DNA of 47,725 nt, taken from positions 1 to 47,725 of IMG/VR virus record IMGVR_UViG_2617270974_000008. One strand, written 5' to 3'. Every line of letters starts with the position of its first letter. The stretch's first letter is position 1. Both the position numbers and the translations under genes were made by a program. The notes under the pieces were generated by a model. That model saw only the letters and a list, made by a program, of their open reading frames with translations, ran no database searches and was not told the origin of the DNA. Source of the stretch: a virus (lineage: Duplodnaviria; Heunggongvirae; Uroviricota; Caudoviricetes). Below are positions 33,841-42,964 of the stretch, piece by piece.

Positions 33841-34938
33841 TTATGGTATTAATCCAGCTGTTCTTGCTTTATTAATATAATTTTTACAGTGGTTAGCCAA
33901 ATACTCTGCAAACTTGCATGGAAGTGCATTTCCTATTATGACGCATACTTTATCCATCAAAGCTGTATCAAACACATAGTTATCAGGAAAAGTCTGTAGT
34001 CTAGCAGCTTCTCGAACAGAAATAGTACGCGTATCCTCAGGATGTCCATATCGCCCACGGCTTAAAGTTGTGCACCCACCTGTAATCGTAGGCGATACGT
34101 CATCCCAAAGCATACGACCATAAACATTACTAAATCCTTTATAGTCGCCTTTATGGCAATCTGGACGGAGTTCTTCGGGAATACACTCCCAAGACATCCC
34201 TGGAACAGCCGCTTGTAACCGCTTTATATTGATCTCAGACAAATCCCTAACAATATGCCAACTCGACAATGGAAACTTCCCTTGCTTCTTAGCCTGTGAA
34301 AGAGTTAAGGGTTTTGGCATATCTCCAATAGCTTCTTTAACAGTTACCCATTTGGGTTTCTCTCTTCCATCCTTAGAGTGTGATCCATCAGGCAATGGGA
34401 TGGCAAATCCTTTTCCTGCCAACAGAACAAGCCTTTTTCTGAACTGTGGTACACCAAAGTCAGCTACTTGCAAAACTCCATAATTAACTATGTAACCAAG
34501 TTTTTTCAATCTCTCAATTACTGGCGAAAGAAGATGATTTCCCCGGGAAGCTAATCCAGGAACATTTTCCATCATGATTGCTGATGGATTGGTTTCTTCA
34601 ACCAACCGTAACATCTCGTTAATCAATAAATTACGAGGGTCCTCCCTTTTATACTTGGCAGTGAGACTAGTAAATCCTTGACATGGCGGGCACGCAGATA
34701 AAAGATCTAAATGTTGCTCAGGGATAAGATTTAGGATATCACTCCCCTTTACAAACCGAATATCTTGAACAAAGAGTTTTGTCTCACGATGATTTGCTTG
34801 GAAAGTAGCGGCGGCATGTGCGTCCAGTTCAACGGCAGCTTTGACATCAAACCCGGCCATTTTTAGTCCCATGGTTAGTCCCCCACCACCGCTAAATAGG
34901 TCAACTGCATTCAAACTGGTCACTGTTTTCTCACTCAT
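33841..34938 (-). CDS. DNA (cytosine-5)-methyltransferase
   Basis: 365 aa; motif I DLFSGGGG, motif IV PPCQGFT, motif VI ENVPGL, motif VIII QFRKRLV, motif X IGNALP; start overlaps upstream gene stop by 8 nt. Confidence 0.9.
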   Translation of the reverse strand: MSEKTVTSLNAVDLFSGGGGLTMGLKMAGFDVKAAVELDAHAAATFQANHRETKLFVQDIRFVKGSDILNLIPEQHLDLLSACPPCQGFTSLTAKYKREDPRNLLINEMLRLVEETNPSAIMMENVPGLASRGNHLLSPVIERLKKLGYIVNYGVLQVADFGVPQFRKRLVLLAGKGFAIPLPDGSHSKDGREKPKWVTVKEAIGDMPKPLTLSQAKKQGKFPLSSWHIVRDLSEINIKRLQAAVPGMSWECIPEELRPDCHKGDYKGFSNVYGRMLWDDVSPTITGGCTTLSRGRYGHPEDTRTISVREAARLQTFPDNYVFDTALMDKVCVIIGNALPCKFAEYLANHCKNYINKARTAGLIP

Positions 34939-37042
34939 TATTTCCCAACTTCAACTGTTCTGCCTCATCCAAGAATTCTTGGTGAGTTTGAGTTGTCCTC
35001 AGCAAGAACCCTGCCCAATCAACGGGTGTTAGGCGTTTTTCTTCGATGTATGCAGTATAAGCTTTACGACGTGCCCCACTCAAGCGCTCCCCATCACTTA
35101 CCAGCGTAACGTGAAAATCAGATGCTATTGATTTAAAATCATTATGTCTCTCATCGTTCAAAAACTCCTCGAATGTTTCGAAGTAATTAATAATACGATC
35201 CATTTCATCATTGGAAATATAATGATGTGGCTTTTTTATTTCAATTATTTGTAATTTTCCATCCTGACTAAACAATACAAAGTCTGGTCTTTTATTTTTT
35301 TTATCAAAATCTATAAGAAATATCTCCTCACCAGTTTTCTTTTTATAAAATTTTTGAAATTCCCTTTTAAGCGTGGACAACGTTTTATTTGCTGTAACTG
35401 GGACCCATTGAGGGTTAACTAGCCACGGAGCGGATGCAATTAGATCTTGTAACTCATCTTCTGCTGTATCCTTTGCGTCTTTTAAAGACTCGAGACGCTC
35501 AATAATCTGAAGACGCTTTTTGACCTTTTGACCAAAACTAACGGTTTCAGCTAGTTGAGCCGTTGCTAAAATATCGTTGAGAACATTGAGCGGTGTATCC
35601 GCTTTACTGGAAGCTTCTATTAACTTCTCATCTAAGGATTGTAATGGTGCTAACATAATACTTAACTGCACTAAATTCTCGAGTGCATCAGGATCATGTA
35701 ATTCATCACCTCGTAAAGATTTACCCAACAACTTGGCTATTTTTTTAGCCTGTGCTCGCATATCCTTTTGACCGGCTCCAGGGTATGCTTGCTCGACCTT
35801 ATCCTCCACTTGCGCTAATTCGAAGAATTGATTCATCATATTATTTCTAAGGGGGTCGCGAGTTATTTTACCCACAAGTAAAATAACTTCTTGCCCCCAA
35901 TTCTGAAATTGCGTTCCTAAATCATCAGACCATAGAATATCCCTTCTATCAGTTTGGATAAGATCTTCTTTTTCGTCTAACCAGTCAGCATGCAACTCAC
36001 CTACCAAATATGAACGTATAGAGTGCTCTCCAGTAAAACCAGCTTTTCTATTAAAAACTGCTGTTTGCGCAGCAAACTTACCTCGGCAATAAATTCTAAC
36101 ACCTGCCATTAACTCGTCCTTATAAGGCTCTTTCGCGTATGCAATCCAACCTAATATCGGGTAAGCTTTCCCTTCATGTTCAAAACCGGCCTTAACAATT
36201 GATGAACGCGTGCCGTCAGGATTAAAAGCCGTATAATCACTTAAATCCGTACAAGAATCTGTCGCAATACTTCCACTCATGGAACGAAATTCAATTTTAG
36301 AGTTAGGCATAACAGGAACAGTAAACTCTCCGACCTCAACTTCATAGTCAGGATTAGACTTTGTTTTCGAAGTATCAATCAGTTTAATATTCCAGTTTTT
36401 ACTCTTCACTCCAAAACGTTGTGAAAGCTGCCGAGATAAATCTTTTATTTCGCTAATTTTTCTATATTCAAAATCACTTAATATTATTTTAGTATAGGTC
36501 CTGTCACTTAGTGTGCCGTCTAAATCCCCAGTTTCCGGTTTATAAGACACTGCAGTATCATCCATTATTTTTTCTTTATCTAGCTGAATATGAGCAACCT
36601 CATACCCTTCCTTTCCATCACGACTGATTTTTTCCCCACCGGCACTTATAATCTCGACCCTTTTACAAACACCAAAAGGTGCTAATTTCCCAACGCCTTT
36701 CCGTCCCATGACTTTGCGGTGAAACACCTTCGAGGTTTCACCTCTTTTTGGATCCTTACGTCTTTCTTTGCCAACAACCAAATAAAAGTTCTGTAGTTCA
36801 TCAGGCGCCATTCCGACGCCATTATCTTCTACTTCTATTGTGACATTTTTTGACCTGACAACACCATCCTGTCTAACAGCCAAGTATTGGCCCATAGGTG
36901 CTTTTATAGTGACATTAGTCGCATCTGCATCGTAACTGTTAGATACTAATTCGGCTATAACAGCATAAGCCCTGTCATATAATTTCACACCTAATTTATC
37001 TACTGTCATCCTTGATATCTGCATTTCATATTGACGCGCCAT
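34931..37042 (-). CDS. GHKL (Bergerat-fold) ATPase fused to C-terminal PD-(D/E)xK-like nuclease motif
   Basis: 703 aa; N-box ELVSNSYDADAT, G1 DNGVGM, G2 GRKGVGKL; C-terminal ...RPDFVLFSQDGKLQIIEIKK (PD...E-x-K); AT-rich codon usage; SD AGGA before ATG. Confidence 0.8.
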   Translation of the reverse strand: MARQYEMQISRMTVDKLGVKLYDRAYAVIAELVSNSYDADATNVTIKAPMGQYLAVRQDGVVRSKNVTIEVEDNGVGMAPDELQNFYLVVGKERRKDPKRGETSKVFHRKVMGRKGVGKLAPFGVCKRVEIISAGGEKISRDGKEGYEVAHIQLDKEKIMDDTAVSYKPETGDLDGTLSDRTYTKIILSDFEYRKISEIKDLSRQLSQRFGVKSKNWNIKLIDTSKTKSNPDYEVEVGEFTVPVMPNSKIEFRSMSGSIATDSCTDLSDYTAFNPDGTRSSIVKAGFEHEGKAYPILGWIAYAKEPYKDELMAGVRIYCRGKFAAQTAVFNRKAGFTGEHSIRSYLVGELHADWLDEKEDLIQTDRRDILWSDDLGTQFQNWGQEVILLVGKITRDPLRNNMMNQFFELAQVEDKVEQAYPGAGQKDMRAQAKKIAKLLGKSLRGDELHDPDALENLVQLSIMLAPLQSLDEKLIEASSKADTPLNVLNDILATAQLAETVSFGQKVKKRLQIIERLESLKDAKDTAEDELQDLIASAPWLVNPQWVPVTANKTLSTLKREFQKFYKKKTGEEIFLIDFDKKNKRPDFVLFSQDGKLQIIEIKKPHHYISNDEMDRIINYFETFEEFLNDERHNDFKSIASDFHVTLVSDGERLSGARRKAYTAYIEEKRLTPVDWAGFLLRTTQTHQEFLDEAEQLKLGNNE

Positions 37043-37618
37043 TTAAATATCCTTCTAAAAGAGTATTTTTTGCTCAAAAAGGGGAAGTTTATGTTTGACT
37101 AACATAGCAAAAAAACTTTCATCTTCAAGAGGTTCACACCAAAAGAATTTACCTGGTTCACATAACCAGCTGGATTAGTGTTGAGTTTTGGGTAAACCTG
37201 AGGATTGAGAAACCAGTACTGATAAATGGGTATCCGCTGTTTTCGTCCCTCTCCTGAGCTACCGTGTATTGAAATGGCATCGACACTATTACATGGTAGG
37301 AGGTTGTATGTATGGTTTAGATATTTTGCATCTTTCACAGACACTTTTTACCTTTGCCATATCCTTCCACATTGTTTCTCCGGAAATCACTAACGGTTTG
37401 GCATTTGCAGAACCATTATCAGCCATAGCTTCTTGCCGTTAACTTCGGTTGCACCTGATTGTTGCTCACCTTCAGGCAATGATGGGTTATATACACGGAC
37501 TGAGCTCACTGCAGTAACAACCTTCCCAGTCAACTTACCTATGCTTTCAACCATCATCGTAGCGGCATACTTCCGAATTGCTATTATTTCAATTCTGCAC
37601 CGTTTGCTCAATGTAACG

Positions 37619-38044
37619 CTACCTAAAACGTCGCCGATAGAACGCCAGCACGCGCTGCATAACTTCGCTCTTCCGGCACTCGCTACAGATTATGTTCTGA
37701 CGCCTGTCATAACGACGTATTTCTCCATCAGGTAATGACCAGATAAGGTCCGGATCAACCGCAGATGGTTTCTTCAGCTTTGCCCTTGAGAGTTTTTTGC
37801 GAGCATTTTGCCAGTCCTTACGCGCCTGTTCAGACGGGAATAACCCGTAACCAGAGTTGTATACATCGCCACTGGCAACCAGCTCTCTGGCGAGAACACT
37901 CATCAGATATCTTGTCGCACCTGTCCTGGCTTCCAGTTGCCGCAACGTCTCGCGACCGCTCAGACGTACAAGTTCAACAACCTGCCCTTTAATTTTTTCC
38001 CGCTCTTCTTGTGTAAATACTTTTGCCATAAGCGCCTCCGGCAA
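37619..38044 (-). CDS. Hypothetical protein
   Basis: 141-aa ORF abutting upstream gene stop; basic C-terminus with CxxC. Confidence 0.5.
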   Translation of the reverse strand: MPEALMAKVFTQEEREKIKGQVVELVRLSGRETLRQLEARTGATRYLMSVLARELVASGDVYNSGYGLFPSEQARKDWQNARKKLSRAKLKKPSAVDPDLIWSLPDGEIRRYDRRQNIICSECRKSEVMQRVLAFYRRRFR

Positions 38045-38815
38045 TCACTTTTCCGATACAACACGGCGGGAAGAATCAGTAATCTGTCGAACAATATCCC
38101 GGTGCTTGTTCAGCTCCCGCAGCGCGGCGCAGACTCGCTCCCACTTCTGAACATCACTTTTCGCCCTGCGCAGCGCCAGGTTTGCCCTGCGAAGGGACGG
38201 AAAAATCAGCTCATCTGCTTGCGTTTCGGTAAACGATGGCAACGGCTGCACAATGTCCGCCACAGTTTCTGTTTTAATTTCTTCCTGTGTTGCGGCTTCC
38301 CGGACTGGTAACGCAGCACCTGCTGGCTGAGGAAAGGCCTTACCATCACTTTCCGTTACCAGCGCGGCTTTCGGCTCTGCTGGTAAATTATCGCCCGGCA
38401 TGCAGTAACGAAATTTACCGTTCTGATTAACGCGTGCCAGCCGCCCCGTTGCGGTTACCACCGCCAGCGTGGAAGCAACCTTGCGAGTACTGACACTGAA
38501 CTTCCCCGCCAGTTCCTCACACGTTTTAGCCCCATCCTGACCGATAAACTCAATCATCATGTCTGCGGTAACTTTTTGTTCGACCTCCCCGGTCAGCATA
38601 TCCTGTGCTTCAGATTTTACTGGCCGCTCTTCGGTTACCCGGGATTCACCTTCGCCAGCCAGAAACCAGGTGTGACCAGTTTTATCAACGACGCCTTTTC
38701 TTTTGAGTTCCCACAGCTCGTTGACAGCCTCTTCACGACTGATTCCAAGGCGAGCTGCCACCACATGTGAAGAGGCTTTTTTCAGTGCTTTCAGTGCGTC
38801 AGATACGGTTTCCAT
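38045..38815 (-). CDS. Hypothetical protein with predicted winged-helix segments
   Basis: 256-aa ORF downstream of DnaC-like gene; wHTH-like segments by eye. Confidence 0.5.
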   Translation of the reverse strand: METVSDALKALKKASSHVVAARLGISREEAVNELWELKRKGVVDKTGHTWFLAGEGESRVTEERPVKSEAQDMLTGEVEQKVTADMMIEFIGQDGAKTCEELAGKFSVSTRKVASTLAVVTATGRLARVNQNGKFRYCMPGDNLPAEPKAALVTESDGKAFPQPAGAALPVREAATQEEIKTETVADIVQPLPSFTETQADELIFPSLRRANLALRRAKSDVQKWERVCAALRELNKHRDIVRQITDSSRRVVSEK

Positions 38816-38836
38816 TAAAATTTCCTCCGGACAAAA

Positions 38837-39583
38837 TTACTTCACAACCCTCATATTGCTGACATTTGGACGCCAGCTATCCCAGTTAAACGTCACCCAT
38901 CGACCACCGTTCATGGTCATGCGGTCCATAATCCTCTCACCAAGAAGCGTACTCATTGCGGCATGATTCAGGTTTGTTAACATCCCGACACTGCACAGTG
39001 ATGCTGTCCGGCGATCAATTATCTGGTGCAATACCACCTGCTCGTTTTTCGTCTCCCGCTGAACGCCTATTTCATCCAGGACCAGCAAATCAACCCCGCA
39101 AAGCTCCTGTAAAAATTTTTCCCCGGATTTGCCGTTGTCGTAGCTGTCATGCAACACGCTCATGACGTCAGACACGGTGACGATAATCACGCTGCGCCCC
39201 TTCACCATCAGCCGGTTGCCCATCGCCGCTGCAAGGTGATTTTTCCCGGTGCCGGTTTTACCGCTGAACACAAAATTCGTGCACCCGGTCATCAGTTCGT
39301 CAGCTATGGATTTGGCCTGGCTCAGCGCGTATTTTTGCCCGTCGTTCTGCACCTGATAATTTGCAAACGAGCATTTGCTGTGCAGAGGCTGGATGCCCGA
39401 ACGATTCAGGATTTTTTCCACCCGCAACTGGCGATTCTGGCGGTTAATCTCCTCGCTGCGTTTTCGTCCTTCAGCAAGTTGCCATTCCCGCCACTCCTCC
39501 ACCGTCCGGTACGGTGGAACCGACCCCTGTGGTGCAAGTCTGCGAATACGTTCAAGAACCCCAACTGCCGCAATGTTTTTCAT
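38837..39583 (-). CDS. DnaC-like helicase loader (IstB/DnaC AAA+ ATPase)
   Basis: 248 aa; Walker A GKTGTGKNHLAAA, Walker B DLLVLDEIG. Confidence 0.9.
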   Translation of the reverse strand: MKNIAAVGVLERIRRLAPQGSVPPYRTVEEWREWQLAEGRKRSEEINRQNRQLRVEKILNRSGIQPLHSKCSFANYQVQNDGQKYALSQAKSIADELMTGCTNFVFSGKTGTGKNHLAAAMGNRLMVKGRSVIIVTVSDVMSVLHDSYDNGKSGEKFLQELCGVDLLVLDEIGVQRETKNEQVVLHQIIDRRTASLCSVGMLTNLNHAAMSTLLGERIMDRMTMNGGRWVTFNWDSWRPNVSNMRVVK

Positions 39584-39589
39584 GACACG

Positions 39590-40552
39590 TCACCCCCTGA
39601 ATCCCGGCGGTATTTCAGTGTCCGGTTCAGAAATGTGATTCACGCAACGCTGCGCAGGCGAACGCCCCAGGCGGATAACCAGTTCATCCCATTTTTCCCG
39701 GAGTTTTGCCGGACTCATGATGTTTTTTACCCAGAACGAATCCCGCTGGAGACGCCCAAACATTTCACAAATTTGTCTGTGAGTTCTGCCATCCAGCATC
39801 CGCATTGTGCGAACGTCATTGGCCCATGCTGTCCAGTTGGGTTCTTTCGGTCTAGTGATCTCGCCATCATAGCTGGCCGCCTGCTCGTAAAGACTCACGA
39901 TTCGTCCCCAGATCCACTGTGCGCACACCAAATCTTCCTGACTTCCCCACTGGCGTTTTTTCGCACTGAACACAACCGCGTCAGGGTGTCGGGTTAAAAA
40001 ATCCTGTTCAGCCGTCTGCGGGTCCGGTTGCGAAGCGTCCGGACAAGAAGATCTTTTATCTGACGGATCAGGTTTTAATACTGACGGATCGGGGTCAATC
40101 ATCGCCCCCCTAATCGGCAGTTTTTTATCAACAGTTGATCCATCAAAATTTGACGGGTCAACCGTTGAGGGGGCAATATTTGACGGGTCAACTGTTAACG
40201 GGTCATTTTTTGCCGGGCTAATTTTTCTTTTCGGTTTATATGACTCACGCGCCGCCGCCGCAGCTGCTTCGAGTTTTTCCACATTAAGCCGATAGATATT
40301 GCTTACATTACGCCCACCGACCTTACGCTCTTCCTTCGTCAGCCAGCCCTCTTTCGCCAGTTCTGCAATAGCCGATTTCACTGTGGATTCACTTCTTGCA
40401 CCGATCTGACGCCGGATAGTTTCAATGGCAGGCCATGACACGCCCTCGTCATTGCTGTAGTCTGCAAGACGGGCCATAACCGCCACCCTGGATAAGATCA
40501 TGCCGGTGAAGGCGCACCCTTCCCAGACAAGACCATGAAGCTTGCTGCTCAT
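39590..40552 (-). CDS. Replication initiator / replisome organiser (O-like; N-terminal HTH, repeat linker, DnaT-like C-terminus)
   Basis: ORF 39590..40567; start at ATG 40552 with GGGGG SD; internal DPSN/VD peptide repeats encoded by iteron DNA. Confidence 0.75.
   Translation of the reverse strand: MSSKLHGLVWEGCAFTGMILSRVAVMARLADYSNDEGVSWPAIETIRRQIGARSESTVKSAIAELAKEGWLTKEERKVGGRNVSNIYRLNVEKLEAAAAAARESYKPKRKISPAKNDPLTVDPSNIAPSTVDPSNFDGSTVDKKLPIRGAMIDPDPSVLKPDPSDKRSSCPDASQPDPQTAEQDFLTRHPDAVVFSAKKRQWGSQEDLVCAQWIWGRIVSLYEQAASYDGEITRPKEPNWTAWANDVRTMRMLDGRTHRQICEMFGRLQRDSFWVKNIMSPAKLREKWDELVIRLGRSPAQRCVNHISEPDTEIPPGFRG
40061..40220. repeat. Iteron-like direct repeats (TGACGGRTCA and variants) plus adjacent AT-rich tract: candidate origin
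   Basis: Six copies at about 40061, 40082, 40151, 40181, 40196, 40211, then AT-rich ttttttgccgggctaatttttcttttcgg. Confidence 0.55.
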
Positions 40553-40574
40553 AAAACCCCCGAACACCGTGCTT

Positions 40575-41000
40575 TTAGTGCATCACCACAGCATTCCCTG
40601 CCGGGCCGCCGCGATTCATCTGGTCATACAAAACAACCGCTGACGCAACAAAATCATCGACATCCTTCACCAGCCGATCCCTCCGTTCGACGATCTCACG
40701 GTAATATTCAGAACTGTGGCTGCGCATACGGGCCACCAGCAAAGGCGGCATCGCCTTTTCGATCGCCGGTAACAGAGCCTGCATTTTTTCAACAGCATCA
40801 GGGGTGTCTTTATCCAGCCAACGGAAAATTTTCTGGGTATTACGGGCCAGGGCTTCCGGATGGCTGTCGTCGTACAGTTCAGGGAACGTCATCCCCAGTT
40901 CGAAATAAGTCCGGGCTATTTCAGCTGCAGGAACTTTCTCACCATCAGGGTATGCCCAGGCATTCATCGCCATGCGGATGTGCTCATGTTTGATTTTCAT
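40575..41000 (-). CDS. YdaT-like protein (occupies cII-like position)
   Basis: 141-aa ORF directly downstream of Cro-like gene and upstream of replication genes; Rac YdaT resemblance from memory. Confidence 0.6.
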   Translation of the reverse strand: MKIKHEHIRMAMNAWAYPDGEKVPAAEIARTYFELGMTFPELYDDSHPEALARNTQKIFRWLDKDTPDAVEKMQALLPAIEKAMPPLLVARMRSHSSEYYREIVERRDRLVKDVDDFVASAVVLYDQMNRGGPAGNAVVMH

Positions 41001-41307
41001 GAATCATTTGCCTCTTGATGCTTCGGGTATGATCGTTTTCGTCATTTGGTTGCTTCATCGACATATTCTGCGAATAACATGACGAGCGTCGTAAGTATGT
41101 CCAATCAACATCAGGACGAAGTTCTTCACACAGGACACCACCTTTTGTTGCTCGTTCAATCGCAGGACATCTCTCAGCAGGTAACTGACGTACACCTTTG
41201 ATCCATTGATTTACGCTTGGAGGAGATACACCTAAAAGCCTAGCCATTGCTGATTGCCCACCGACAACAGCACAAGCTCGTTTGAATGAATAGTTATCTT
41301 TTTTCAT
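40984..41307 (-). CDS. Cro-like HTH protein (YdaS-like)
   Basis: ORF 40984..41328; start at MKKDNYSFKRACAVVGGQSAMARLLGVSPPSVNQWIKG (ATG 41307, GGAG SD); resembles Rac YdaS as recalled. Confidence 0.75.
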   Translation of the reverse strand: MKKDNYSFKRACAVVGGQSAMARLLGVSPPSVNQWIKGVRQLPAERCPAIERATKGGVLCEELRPDVDWTYLRRSSCYSQNMSMKQPNDENDHTRSIKRQMIHENQT

Positions 41308-41334
41308 CGAATGAACTCCAAAAAACACGCAACA

Positions 41335-41380
41335 ATATTAGGCTTAGCCTAATGAAATTGTCAATAGGCTATGCCTAATA
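41335..41380. promoter_or_regulatory. Right operator/promoter region: palindromic operators overlapping strong leftward promoter
   Basis: TTAGGC-TTA-GCCTAA (about 41338-41352) and aTAGGC-TAT-GCCTAA (about 41365-41379); minus-strand TTGACA-18-TAATAT overlaps first site. Confidence 0.6.
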
Positions 41381-41431
41381 CATCGAGAGTAGGGATTGCC
41401 TAACGCGATGCGCATAGGAGACTATTAAGCA

Positions 41432-41908
41432 ATGCTTAGTGGTAAAGACTTAGGCCGAGCGATAGAGCAGGCCATTAACAAAAAAATTGCATCAGGAGCC
41501 GTCAAATCAAAGGCGGAAATCGCACGTCATTTCAAAGTCCAACCACCATCAATCCATGACTGGATTAAGAAAGGTTCGATAAGTAAAGACAAACTTCCAG
41601 AACTATGGCGTTTCTTTTCTGATGTGGTTGGTCCAGAGCATTGGGGGCTTAACGAATACCCCATACCAACCCCATCCACTTCAGATACAAAAAGTGAACT
41701 TTTAGACATAAACAGCCTTTATCAAGCCGCCTCTGATGAAAAAAGAGCAATTGTGGCTTTCATCTTATCTGGAAATGCTACGGAGCCTAGTTGGGTTGAT
41801 CATGACGTTCGCGCCTACATTGCCGCAATGGAAATGAAGGTAGCTAACTATCTGAAAAATCAAGAATCAAAACGGAAAAGCCAGAACATCACCAAGACAG
41901 GAACTTAA
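41432..41908 (+). CDS. Prophage repressor (RacR-like; HTH, no S24 peptidase domain)
   Basis: 158 aa; HTH near KAEIARHFKVQPPSIHDWIKKG; divergent from Cro-like gene; no Ala-Gly / Ser...Lys autocleavage motifs seen. Confidence 0.75.
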   Translation: MLSGKDLGRAIEQAINKKIASGAVKSKAEIARHFKVQPPSIHDWIKKGSISKDKLPELWRFFSDVVGPEHWGLNEYPIPTPSTSDTKSELLDINSLYQAASDEKRAIVAFILSGNATEPSWVDHDVRAYIAAMEMKVANYLKNQESKRKSQNITKTGT

Positions 41909-42002
41909 ACTTATATGGTCCGACGGGAAATTCCTAGTTCCCGTTAGTTAACTCCTACTACCTCTCCCACAAACCATCACCTATTAGGTTGCGCCCAAAT
42001 TA

Positions 42003-42045
42003 TTAGGCATAGCCTATTGACAAGTAATTAGGCATTTCCTATAGT
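42003..42045 (+). promoter_or_regulatory. Left operator/promoter region: operator palindromes overlapping rightward TTGACA-17-TATAGT promoter
   Basis: TTAGGC-ATA-GCCTAt (about 42003-42017) and TTAGGC-ATT-tCCTAt (about 42028-42042) overlap -35 at about 42017-42022 and -10 at about 42040-42045. Confidence 0.55.
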
Positions 42046-42226
42046 TTTCCCATACCAACCCATCCCGTCCCACACAATACAGGGCAATACCTCGAGTTAC
42101 CAGGCAGTGGTCAGGGGTTAAGTAGCCAGCCCGAGGCGTAAGAACATGACGGCAGGGTTCAACTTTAATAACTATGCAGCAGGTTTTTGTTCCGCTACCC
42201 CGGCGTTAAGGGGAAATGAGGTCAGC

Positions 42227-42379
42227 ATGGATACTATCGAGCTTGGCAACAACGAATCTCTGGTATGCGGCGTGTTTCCCAACCAGGACGGCACGTTTAC
42301 CGCGATGACATATACCAGAAGCAAAACGTTTAAAACTGAAGCTGGCGCGCGTCGCTGGTTAACCAGAAACACTGACTGA
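42227..42379 (+). CDS. Small early protein (YdaF-like)
   Basis: ORF 42146..42379; start at MDTIELGNNESLV (ATG 42227, GAGGT SD); stop overlaps next start. Confidence 0.45.
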   Translation: MDTIELGNNESLVCGVFPNQDGTFTAMTYTRSKTFKTEAGARRWLTRNTD

Positions 42380-42390
42380 TGAGGTTGACG

Positions 42391-42711
42391 ATGGAATTTA
42401 AAGATTTACCAGTACCATTCCAGGAAATGGCATCGAATGTGGTTCGCTCTCAACTGGCGACTCTTGACCTGAGTACCGTAGAAAAAGAAACCATCGACAA
42501 TATATCCGGTAACGTACGCCGAGCCTTTATCGGGCTGTACGAAGAGAAGCAGCTCTCTGATAACCAGGATTTACATGAAAAATACTTCCTGGATCTAATG
42601 GACATCATTGATAAGGGGTTTGGCTTGTTAATGAAAAAGAAAGGGATTCGAATAGAACCCCTTGAAAATTACTTTGCAACAAAAAGCATTAATTCTTTTG
42701 ATTCAAAATAA
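42391..42711 (+). CDS. Hypothetical early protein
   Basis: ORF 42379..42711; start at MEFKDLPVPF with GAGG SD; AT-rich. Confidence 0.45.
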   Translation: MEFKDLPVPFQEMASNVVRSQLATLDLSTVEKETIDNISGNVRRAFIGLYEEKQLSDNQDLHEKYFLDLMDIIDKGFGLLMKKKGIRIEPLENYFATKSINSFDSK

Positions 42712-42964
42712 GAGAATTAATTACAGACTTAACATGCTCTTTCTCATGATTGAAGCTCTCATGATTGAAAGTGCCGGGTTGAAGCGAGTCGATATAATCA
42801 ACAAGACTCTGTCGTACGACTTCATTTTTATCCATAACAGATGCAAGAAATGAAATTGCTAAAAGAGTTATATCACTACGCGCCGCAGCATGTTGCAATG
42901 CTTTATCAAAATTATTAATCTGGCGTATCAGGGAGTTAATGATTTCATCATTTTCAGTCGACAT
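42689..42964 (-). CDS. Hypothetical protein, convergent to early-left genes
   Basis: ORF 42689..43177; ATG 42964 (MSTENDEIINSL...) with AGGAGG SD; AT-rich; 3' end overlaps plus-strand gene. Confidence 0.45.
   Translation of the reverse strand: MSTENDEIINSLIRQINNFDKALQHAAARSDITLLAISFLASVMDKNEVVRQSLVDYIDSLQPGTFNHESFNHEKEHVKSVINSLILNQKN

Noticed and set aside
37099-37611. Two small minus-strand ORFs (81 aa, 73 aa) in the AT-rich leader upstream of the GHKL gene
   Set aside because: Both begin with non-ATG starts without SD in an AT-rich intergenic region; more likely promoter/leader sequence.
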